In this document: positions 31,837-39,860 of the stretch, one piece after another
Position numbering within the stretch: position 1 is the stretch's first letter
Layout of the letters: each line of letters begins with the position of its first letter
Source: an uncultured Olsenella sp.
Lineage (GTDB): Bacteria; Actinomycetota; Coriobacteriia; Coriobacteriales; Atopobiaceae
Direction: 5' to 3'
DNA: 64,000 nucleotides
Assembly: GCA_949287335.1 (NCBI GenBank)
Contig: CASEGE010000150.1
Span: 12,913-76,912, forward strand
Notes under the pieces: generated by a model
The model's input: only the letters and a program-made list of their open reading frames with translations
Told to the model about the DNA's origin: nothing
Database searches by the model: none
Position numbers and translations under genes: made by a program

Positions 31837-33879
31837 CTAGTCCGCGTTTCCGGTCGTGGACGGCGCGGCCGTGTCAGGCTGGCCGTAGATGGCGCCAAAG
31901 ACGTCTCGCACCACGTACATGGACGAGGTGGCGCCCGTGAAGACGCGGTCCATGTTCGCACCGATGACGTACTTGGGATCGTCGGCGGGCGCATAGCCAA
32001 TGAACCAGCCGATAGGGTTTCCGTTGGTCTGCTCGGCGGTGCCGGTCTTTCCGCGCACGAGGACGTCGAGGTTCGTCCAGTGGATGGTCTGCGACTCGGC
32101 CTCGCGGTAGACGACGCCCTCCATGCCCTTCGCGATGATCTGGCGATAGGCGGGGTCCTCCTCCACCGTGCGGATGATCTCGTTCTTGTACTCGGTGACG
32201 AGGCCGTCTCCCACCTGCGCGCGAACGCCCTTCATGACGTGGGGGCGCCACGCGGGGCCCTGGTTGGCAATGCTGCAGTAGGCCGTGACCATCTGCAGAC
32301 ACGTCACGAGCAGGTCGCCCTGGCCGATGGAGATGTTGGCGTTGTCTCCGCCCTTCCAGGTGCTGTCCTCGTCGGAGTAGCCGAGGGACTTGAAGTAGTC
32401 CCACTTCCAGTCCGGGTCAGGCACGCGCCCTGCCTCCTCGCCGGGGAGGTCGACGCCGGTCTTCTCGCCCAGGCCATAGCTTCGGAAGGTCTCCTGCATG
32501 CCCTGGGAGTTGTTGTCGTTGTAGAAGCCCTTGCCGATCTCGTAGAAGACGATGTCACAGGAGAACGTGATGCCGTCTGCAAGGTCGAGCGTGCCGTGAC
32601 CGGAGGTCTGCCAGCACTTCATGTACGGCAGCCCGTTGGGGTCTCCCGTCCACGTCCACCACCCGGGGCAGTACCAGGTGGACTCCCCCGTGCACATGCC
32701 GTAGTCCAGGGCGGCGAAGGAGGTGAGCGGCTTGATGACCGATCCCGAGGGGTACTGGCCGCCGATGGCGCGGTTCATGAGCGGGAAGTGGGACTTCTCG
32801 TCCTGGAGCGCATCCCAGTCGGCGGTGGAGATGCCGCCGGTGAAGAGGTTGGGCGAGAAGGTCGGGGCGCTCGCCATGGCAAGAATCTCCCCGTTGGTGC
32901 AGTCCATGGCCACGACGCAGCCGCCCTCGGCCTCGTAGCCGGTGTCGCGCAGGCGCTCCATGACGTTGGCGAGCGACTCCTCGGCCGCCTTCTGAATGTC
33001 GAGGTCGAGCGTGAGGACGAGGTCGGAGCCGCTCTGCGGGCGGATGTTGGTGGAATACTCGAGCACGTTGCCATCCGCGTCAACGTAGACGGACTGCTCG
33101 CCGCGAACACCCTGCAGGACGCTCTCGTACTCGAGCTCCACGCCGGTCTGGCCCACGATGTCGCCCGAGCGATAGACGACGCCGCCCTCCTTGGCGTTGG
33201 CGCTCGCCTCGAGCTGCTCGCTCGTCACCGTGCCCGTATAGCCAACCACGTGGGCGGCAAGCGAGCCGTACGGATAGGAGCGCTGGCTCCTCTCCTGAAC
33301 GTCAACGCCGGGAAAGAGCTCGGGGTGCTCCCCGATGAAGGCGACGACGCGCCGCGAGACGTCCACCGAGACGGTGCGCAGGCTCTGCTGCCCCTCCGTC
33401 GTGTCCTGGATCTTTCGGCGCACCGCCTGCGCGGGCATGCCGATGAGGTTGGCGAGTAGCGTGATCTCGACCTCGTCATTGAGCACGTCCGAGCTCGCCA
33501 CCACGGTGAGGCTCGGGCGGTTGCCCACGATCTCGCGGCCGTAGCGGTCGAGGATGCGCCCGCGCGGGGCCTGGGTGTAGACCGTGCTCGTGCGGTTCCT
33601 CTCGGCCTGCTCCGCGTACTCCTCGCTCGAGAAGAGCTGCATGGACCACAGGCGGGCCACAAGGGCCGAGAAGACCGCGCCCACCATGACGGCAAGGCCC
33701 ACGAGCCTTGACGAGGAGGTCTTCTCGGTGGACGAGTCGGAGCCGCCCGAGGCTCGCGGCGACGCGCCGCCGATGTCGATGGTGAAGTTGGCCTCGCCGC
33801 GCCCAAAGACGAAGAAGATCACCACGAGCGCAACGGCAACCGCCAGACAGATGAGGATGATGACGAGGGAGAGGTCCAT
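31837..33879 (-). CDS. mrdA: Penicillin-binding protein 2 (class B)
   Basis: Motifs APRGRILDR, PSGSVIK (SxxK), SCD, SIGQG and GKTGTAE. Confidence 0.92.
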   Translation of the reverse strand: MDLSLVIILICLAVAVALVVIFFVFGRGEANFTIDIGGASPRASGGSDSSTEKTSSSRLVGLAVMVGAVFSALVARLWSMQLFSSEEYAEQAERNRTSTVYTQAPRGRILDRYGREIVGNRPSLTVVASSDVLNDEVEITLLANLIGMPAQAVRRKIQDTTEGQQSLRTVSVDVSRRVVAFIGEHPELFPGVDVQERSQRSYPYGSLAAHVVGYTGTVTSEQLEASANAKEGGVVYRSGDIVGQTGVELEYESVLQGVRGEQSVYVDADGNVLEYSTNIRPQSGSDLVLTLDLDIQKAAEESLANVMERLRDTGYEAEGGCVVAMDCTNGEILAMASAPTFSPNLFTGGISTADWDALQDEKSHFPLMNRAIGGQYPSGSVIKPLTSFAALDYGMCTGESTWYCPGWWTWTGDPNGLPYMKCWQTSGHGTLDLADGITFSCDIVFYEIGKGFYNDNNSQGMQETFRSYGLGEKTGVDLPGEEAGRVPDPDWKWDYFKSLGYSDEDSTWKGGDNANISIGQGDLLVTCLQMVTAYCSIANQGPAWRPHVMKGVRAQVGDGLVTEYKNEIIRTVEEDPAYRQIIAKGMEGVVYREAESQTIHWTNLDVLVRGKTGTAEQTNGNPIGWFIGYAPADDPKYVIGANMDRVFTGATSSMYVVRDVFGAIYGQPDTAAPSTTGNAD

Positions 33880-33886
33880 GGGTCCC

Positions 33887-34441
33887 CTAGAGCCCCCTCG
33901 TGGAGAAGTGGCCGCCACGGGCGTCGCGCCCACCCAGCCCAGCGCCGGTCGTGCGCAGGCGAGCGAAATAATACGCAAAGGGCACGAAGACGATGAGCGA
34001 GAGGAGCGCGGTGGGGAGCGTCCTCAGGAAGAGCACGTCAATGAGGGAGTCTGCCTGTCCCACGAGCAGCATGGCAAGGTGATACACCAGAGAGACCCCA
34101 AGGTCGGCGCAGGCGAACATCACCACGGAAACGCCGAAGTCACCAGCCATCCTGTCACGCCCCTCGATGCCGAGGACATAGGAGGACACGGTGAGGCAAA
34201 ACGCCATGAGTCCGATGGGCCCGGTCGTCGAGAGGTCAAAGAAAAGCCCGGCGAGAAACCCGGCGAGAACGCCGCGCCTGCCGCCCATGAGAAGCGCCAC
34301 GAGCGAGGCGAAGACCAGGGCAAGGTTTGCGCGACCGTTGCCAAGGCCGATGTTAGGGGCAAGCGAGAGCTGCAGGACGCCGCAGATGAGCGCGAGAACG
34401 ACGCAGGTGCGGACGTCGCGGTTCTTATCGGCAACGATCAT
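33887..34441 (-). CDS. mreD: Rod shape-determining protein MreD
   Basis: Multi-TM protein with GFLAGLFFDL; lies between mreC and mrdA. Confidence 0.85.
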   Translation of the reverse strand: MIVADKNRDVRTCVVLALICGVLQLSLAPNIGLGNGRANLALVFASLVALLMGGRRGVLAGFLAGLFFDLSTTGPIGLMAFCLTVSSYVLGIEGRDRMAGDFGVSVVMFACADLGVSLVYHLAMLLVGQADSLIDVLFLRTLPTALLSLIVFVPFAYYFARLRTTGAGLGGRDARGGHFSTRGL

Positions 34442-35472
34442 GCTCCGTCTCCCCCCTGCCCGTCGTCGGCGTCGGCGCCGTCATCCTGGCCGTTGGTGGC
34501 GTCCTCTCCGTCAGCACCGCCCTGCTCCTCGTCCGAGTCACCGTCGGTCTGCGAGGAGCCCGTCTCCTGGGCGTCCGCCTCGGCAATGTCCTCGGCACTC
34601 GCCTGCTGCTCCTCGGTGAGCGAGGTGATGACGAGGACCTCGCCGTCATTCTCGGCCCGCGCAAAGAGCTCCACCACGATGTCAAGGTAGAGGTCTCCGG
34701 GGTTGTTCTCCACACTCACGATCTGCCCGAGCGGGAGCCCCTTGGGAAAGACGCCGCCCAGGCCGCTCGTGATCACGACGTCGCCCAGCGCGGCCTCCTG
34801 GTTGGTGCGGACAAGGCGAAGCGTCACCTCGCCGGTGGCCGAGCCGGTAAGCATTCCCTGGGCGCGACTGGCCTGGACCATGGCCGCTATGGACGAGTTC
34901 TCGTCAGAGAGCAGGCGAACCGTCGAGGTGGTGGCGCCACAGGAGGTGATCTGGCCAATGACGCCGTTTGAGGAGGTGACGGGCATGCCCGTCGTGAGGC
35001 CGTCGGAAGCGCCCTTGTCGATCGTGACCGTCGAAGACCAGGAGTCGAGCGCACCAGAGATGATGCGGGCGGCCGTGGACTGGAGGTTGTGCGCGTCCCT
35101 TAGCTCGAGAAGGTCCTGGAGCCTCTCGGCGGACTGGGCCGCCTCCTCGAGCTCGACGTTTCTCGCGCGAAGGGCGGCGTTTTCCGCCTCGAGCTCGGAG
35201 AGGGTCGCCTGGTCCGCCGTGAGGTTGGTCATGATGTTCCCAAACCCCTGGAAGGGGGCAACGACGAGCGCGCCGAGATGGCGGACGGGAGAGGTGATGG
35301 TCTGAAAGCCGCCGCGGACAACCTCGAGCGGGCCCTCGGAGCCCGTTCGGCAGCTCACCGTGAAGAGCACCACAGAGACGAGGGCGCACGCCACAAGGGC
35401 GCGCCCCCCGGTATGCTGTCTTGAGTTGCCCAAGGTCGGCGCCGCTCCCCGACCCCTCATGGAAAGCGGCAC
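34438..35472 (-). CDS. mreC: Rod shape-determining protein MreC
   Basis: TM helix, coiled coil, IDKGASDG...MPV...GVIG and VITSGLGGVFPKGLPLG; acidic tail. Confidence 0.92.
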   Translation of the reverse strand: MPLSMRGRGAAPTLGNSRQHTGGRALVACALVSVVLFTVSCRTGSEGPLEVVRGGFQTITSPVRHLGALVVAPFQGFGNIMTNLTADQATLSELEAENAALRARNVELEEAAQSAERLQDLLELRDAHNLQSTAARIISGALDSWSSTVTIDKGASDGLTTGMPVTSSNGVIGQITSCGATTSTVRLLSDENSSIAAMVQASRAQGMLTGSATGEVTLRLVRTNQEAALGDVVITSGLGGVFPKGLPLGQIVSVENNPGDLYLDIVVELFARAENDGEVLVITSLTEEQQASAEDIAEADAQETGSSQTDGDSDEEQGGADGEDATNGQDDGADADDGQGGDGA

Positions 35473-35473
35473 G

Positions 35474-36517
35474 CTACTGCCCCGTGCTCTGGACGAAGCC
35501 CCCGGAGAGCGCGTTGGCCTCGAGGACCTTGGCGCACCCGTTCACGACGTTCTCGAGCGCCGTGGGGCTCACGTTGACGGGGACGCCCGTCTCCTCGCGC
35601 AGGCGCTGGTCGAGGCCGCGCAGGAGGCCGCCGCCACCGGTGAGCAGGATGCCGTAGTACATGAGGTCGGAGGCGAGGTCGGGCGGCGTCGCGTCGAGGG
35701 CGTCCTTGACCGCCTTGGTGACCTCGTCGAGCGGGCGATCGAGGGCGCGACGGATCTCCTCGCTCTCGATGCGGACCGTCTTGGGCAGGCCGCTCATGAC
35801 GTCACGACCGTTCACCTCAACGTCGAGCTCCTCGGCGAGCGGCGCCGCGGAGCCAACCTTGATCTTGATGTCCTCGGCCGTGCGCTCGCCGATGGAGAGG
35901 TTGTAGGCATCCCTCACGTGCTGGAGGATGGTCTGGTCGAACTCGTCTCCCGCGGTGCGGATGGACTGCGAGACCACGATGCCGCCCATCGAGATGACGG
36001 CAACCTCGGTGGTGCCGCCGCCGATGTCCACGACCATGGAGCCCGTGGGGTCCTCGATGGGGAGGTCGGCGCCAATGGCCGCGGCGAGGGGCTCCTCGAT
36101 GAGGTAGGCCTGGCGGGCACCCGCCTGGATGGTGGCCTCGAAGACGGCGCGCTTCTCGACGGACGTGACGCCCGAGGGGACGCACACCACGACGCGCGGG
36201 CGCGGCGACCAGGGGTAACGGCGCTCGCGGGCCTTCTCGATGAAGTAGCGGAGCATGACCTCGGTGACGTCAAAGTCGGCGATGACACCGTCCTTGAGCG
36301 GGCGCTCCGCGATGATCGAGCCGGGGGTGCGGCCGATCATGCGCTTGGCGTCCGCGCCAACGGCGAGCACGCGGCTCTCGCTCTTGTCGATGGCAACGAC
36401 GGAGGGCTCGTTGATCACGATGCCCTGGCCGCGTATGGCGACGAGCGTGTTGGCGGTGCCAAGGTCGATGGCGAGGTCCCCGCCGTACTCGCCGAAGAGA
36501 GAGTCAAAGAGTGACAT
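35474..36517 (-). CDS. mreB: Rod shape-determining actin homolog MreB
   Basis: Motifs IDLGTANT, EPSVVA, RPLKDGVIADF, DIGGGTTEVA and LTGGG. Confidence 0.97.
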   Translation of the reverse strand: MSLFDSLFGEYGGDLAIDLGTANTLVAIRGQGIVINEPSVVAIDKSESRVLAVGADAKRMIGRTPGSIIAERPLKDGVIADFDVTEVMLRYFIEKARERRYPWSPRPRVVVCVPSGVTSVEKRAVFEATIQAGARQAYLIEEPLAAAIGADLPIEDPTGSMVVDIGGGTTEVAVISMGGIVVSQSIRTAGDEFDQTILQHVRDAYNLSIGERTAEDIKIKVGSAAPLAEELDVEVNGRDVMSGLPKTVRIESEEIRRALDRPLDEVTKAVKDALDATPPDLASDLMYYGILLTGGGGLLRGLDQRLREETGVPVNVSPTALENVVNGCAKVLEANALSGGFVQSTGQ

Positions 36518-36525
36518 GGTCCGTC

Positions 36526-37830
36526 CTAGTCGGTCGTGACGGAGGCGTTGTCCTGGGAGAGGAAGCTCACGATCACGGAGCTCACCTTCCAGCCGATGCC
36601 GTCACGAACCATCTCGATGGTGTAATCCTGCGTGCCGCCATTGGCAAGCGTGGCCGTGGCGTAGACGGTCGAGGAGTCCATGCTGCGGTCGCAGCCGGAG
36701 ATCTCAACGTCGGCGCCCACGGGCAGGGAGTCGGAGATCTCCTGCGTCTGGGTTGAGGAGAGGCCGGAGGCAAGGAGCGATGAGAGGTCCGTGCCGTCGC
36801 TCTTCGCCTGGAAGAGCTGCTCCGCAACGGCCTGCTGGGTGGGCCAGCCGTAGCCCCTCGTGTACGCGAACGCGGCGCCGCCCACGGCGATGAGCAGGAG
36901 GAGCAGGATGACGATGAAGATCTTGAGGCCCGTGTGGCGGTGCTTGCGGCGAATCTTGCGCTCGGCCTTGTCCTGCTGGACGATGTCCTCCTCGGTCACC
37001 GAGAAGAAGCCGGTGTCCTCGGGAGAGGGCATGAGCTCGCCGGACTCGCCAAGCGGGTCGAGCGGGTCGTAGCCGCCGCCGTAGCCGGCCGCGGCGAGAA
37101 GCGCGTCGGTGTCGGAGGGACGGCGCCCGTTGATGGAGGAGACGGCCTTGCGCGCAGCGTCATAGGAGGCCTGGGCCTCGGGAGAGAGCTGGAAGGTGCC
37201 GTCTGCCGTGGCATGGGTAAAGGCGTCGACGGCCTCGGCCATCCTGTTCGCAGCCACGTAGGCGAGGCCAAGGTCGCACCAGATCTTGCTCTGGTTCTCG
37301 AGCGGCGTGGTGAAGTCGAGCGCCGTGCGATAGGCCTCGACGGCGTCGACGGAACGACCCAGGCGCAGGAAGCAGCTGCCGAGGCTCGAGAGCGCCACGG
37401 CCGGGGCCGGGTTGGACTCGTCGATGGCGGCGGCGCGGTAGGCAATGCCGGCGTTGCGGATGTCACCGAGGCGCTCGTAGGCGCTGCCGAGGGCCGAGTA
37501 GGCCTTGTAGGGCGTGCGGTACTCGGGGTCGGAGACCGCCTGGGTGAGCGCGCTCACGGCATCCTGGGCACGACCGGCGGCGAGAAGGGCGCGGCCGCGG
37601 TTGCACGAGAGGGCCCCGCGACGGCCGTAGGACTCGTCGGCGAGCGCCTCCTCGTAGGCGTTGGCGGCTGCCTCGAACTGACCGAGCTTCATGTAGGCGT
37701 TGCCGCGCAGGTGGTCCACCTCGCCCGAGACCTCGCCCGGGCCCTTGGCGTCGCCAAGGTAGGTGACGGCGGCGAGCCAGTCGGCACCCTGATACGCGCG
37801 CTTGCCGGATTCATAAGCCTGTTGGTTCAC
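36526..37830 (-). CDS. TPR-repeat membrane protein
   Basis: Several TPR-like repeats (RGNAYMKLGQFEAAANAYEEAL etc.), one TM helix and a small C-terminal extracellular domain. Confidence 0.75.
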   Translation of the reverse strand: MNQQAYESGKRAYQGADWLAAVTYLGDAKGPGEVSGEVDHLRGNAYMKLGQFEAAANAYEEALADESYGRRGALSCNRGRALLAAGRAQDAVSALTQAVSDPEYRTPYKAYSALGSAYERLGDIRNAGIAYRAAAIDESNPAPAVALSSLGSCFLRLGRSVDAVEAYRTALDFTTPLENQSKIWCDLGLAYVAANRMAEAVDAFTHATADGTFQLSPEAQASYDAARKAVSSINGRRPSDTDALLAAAGYGGGYDPLDPLGESGELMPSPEDTGFFSVTEEDIVQQDKAERKIRRKHRHTGLKIFIVILLLLLIAVGGAAFAYTRGYGWPTQQAVAEQLFQAKSDGTDLSSLLASGLSSTQTQEISDSLPVGADVEISGCDRSMDSSTVYATATLANGGTQDYTIEMVRDGIGWKVSSVIVSFLSQDNASVTTD

Positions 37831-37857
37831 GTTGGCCTCCTAGGACGAGAGCAAAGG

Positions 37858-38406
37858 CTAGGCACTCATGTGCTCGATGGTAACGGAGTTGATGACATCG
37901 CCCTGGCGGAGCTCGCCAATGACGTCAGAGCCCTCGATGGTCTGGCCAAAGACGGTGTAGCCGGAGTCAAGGCCGTGCTGGGGGCCAAGGCAGAAGTAGA
38001 ACTGGGAGCCCGCGGAGTTGGGGTCCATGGAGCGCGCCATCGCCAGGACGCGGTCCTCGTGGGAGTTGCGCGGGTTGGTGGTGTACTCCTCCTGGATTCG
38101 ATAGCCGGGGCCACCGGTGCCGGGACGACCGGTGGGGCCGGCCTCGCCGCGGGCAACCTGCTCGGAAGTCATGTCGCGTGTGTTGGGGCAGCCGCCCTGG
38201 ATGACGAAGCCGGGAACGTAGCGATGGAACTTGAGCCCGTTGTAGAAGCCCTTCTCGGCAAGCTCGCAGAAGTTGGCAACGTGAATGGGCGCCCCGGCGC
38301 CGTCAAGGCGGACGCGAATCGAACCCTTCGAGGTGTCGAGCACGGCAACCTCGTCACCGGCGACCTCATAGGACGGGGTGTAGAGCGGATCTGGAATGAA
38401 GCCCAT
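37858..38406 (-). CDS. Cyclophilin-type peptidyl-prolyl isomerase
   Basis: Motifs GFYNGLKFHRYVPGFVIQGG, LAMAR, SAGSQF and LDSGYTVFG. Confidence 0.93.
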   Translation of the reverse strand: MGFIPDPLYTPSYEVAGDEVAVLDTSKGSIRVRLDGAGAPIHVANFCELAEKGFYNGLKFHRYVPGFVIQGGCPNTRDMTSEQVARGEAGPTGRPGTGGPGYRIQEEYTTNPRNSHEDRVLAMARSMDPNSAGSQFYFCLGPQHGLDSGYTVFGQTIEGSDVIGELRQGDVINSVTIEHMSA

Positions 38407-38556
38407 CTTCGTCCCTTCCAATAGCGTTCGCGAGAGTTCTCGACGATTCTTCAACTCAGTAATTCTATCAGGAAGCGAGCGTTTTCACACATTCGGCAGA
38501 TGGAGCCTCTCAACGTGGCTTTTCTCGATGGCGGAGATGGCTCGTCAAGCCGGGTC

Positions 38557-38842
38557 GCGCACGCGTTTTGGCGGCGTCGGCACGGATGGCGGCAGGGGCG
38601 CACACGAATTGGCGGCGTCGGCACGGCGGGCGAGAGGGGGCGCACGCAAATTCGGGCCGTCGGCACAAACGGTGTGCCGACGGCCCGTTTTTTGATGCGC
38701 TTGCGAGAAGAACCGCAGGTCGCACTTTTTGCCTCGTGCCAACGCCGCCAATTCGTGTGCGCCCCTGCCGCCACCCGTGCCGACGGCCCGAATTCGTGTG
38801 CGCCCTTCTCGCCACCCGTGCCGACGGCCCAAATATGTGCGC
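38557..38842. repeat. Family C: three direct plus three inverted ~41-bp units around a central hairpin
   Basis: GCGCAC...CGTCGGCAC units start at 38557, 38598 and 38640. Reverse units start at 38735, 38776 and 38817. A 15-bp perfect stem spans 38653-38687. Confidence 0.85.
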
Positions 38843-38888
38843 ATCCCAGACTTCACTCGCTTGGCCCACACCGGCGAGAAGCGCTCAA

Positions 38889-39845
38889 TCAGTTGAGGCT
38901 CCAGACCGCAAGGCCCTCCTCGAGGCGGCTCACGCTGTCGGCGACCCCCTCAACCGGGGCGAGAATCGCGGTGCTCTCCGAGGCGGGGTCCTCGCTCTCG
39001 ACGGAAAGGTCCCAAGACCGCACGAGCGCGTCGCAGCGACTCTTTAGCACGTTGGCAAGCGAGACGAGCTCGCTCGCGCTCTCGGCATACCCCTCATCGC
39101 CGTCCTGATAGGCCGAGATGGACGAGATGAGCTCGGACACCTCAAGGGCGAGGTCCTCGGCGCGGTCGAGGCCGGTCTGACGCTGAGCCCTGTTTCCGGT
39201 GAGCCCCTCACCGCGCAGGCTCTGCTCGCTCTCCCCCGCGCGCTCGGAGAGCTTGCCGAGCTCCTCATGCGCGGCCGTGAGCGCCTCCGCCGGGTCGGCG
39301 GAGTCAACAAGGCCGCCCGGCCCCGTGTCCTGGCCGCTCAGCGACTCGACAAAACCAGGGAAGCCGGACATGGAGGTGTCAGCCGGGTCCTTGGCCCGCG
39401 TCTGGGTTGCCGTGGGGTCCCACGGGTGGGTTATGAGCAGGGCAGCGCCGCCAACCACGAGCACGGCGAAGAGCGCCGCGAAGGCAAAGGCGCGCGGACG
39501 CGGCATGTGGTCTCGGCGGACGGTCGAGAACTCCGCGTCGTCCTCGGGAGGGATGGCGCTCTCGAGCTGCGTGACAAAGTCATCGTCGTCGAGCGCGTCC
39601 ATCATGCCGGTGTTGCCGATCTCGGGAAGGCTGATGTCACGAACGGCGCGGGCGGGCAACTCCCTGTGAACGGAGAGCCCGCACTTGGGGCACACCTCGG
39701 CATCGGGCGCCATGAGCGCCCCGCAGCTAGGGCACCACTGGGCCCCGGACAGGGTGAGCTTTCGCGTCACGTCCACGGCCGAGCGGCAGCTCGGGCAGAT
39801 GAGCGCGTCGTCTCGTATCCTCGCACCGCACGTGGGGCAGATCAT
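38889..39845 (-). CDS. Double zinc-ribbon membrane protein
   Basis: CPTC..CPSC and CPSC..CPKC, one TM helix and a helical C-terminal region. Confidence 0.7.
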   Translation of the reverse strand: MICPTCGARIRDDALICPSCRSAVDVTRKLTLSGAQWCPSCGALMAPDAEVCPKCGLSVHRELPARAVRDISLPEIGNTGMMDALDDDDFVTQLESAIPPEDDAEFSTVRRDHMPRPRAFAFAALFAVLVVGGAALLITHPWDPTATQTRAKDPADTSMSGFPGFVESLSGQDTGPGGLVDSADPAEALTAAHEELGKLSERAGESEQSLRGEGLTGNRAQRQTGLDRAEDLALEVSELISSISAYQDGDEGYAESASELVSLANVLKSRCDALVRSWDLSVESEDPASESTAILAPVEGVADSVSRLEEGLAVWSLN

Positions 39846-39860
39846 GCCGCGGGGCCCTCC

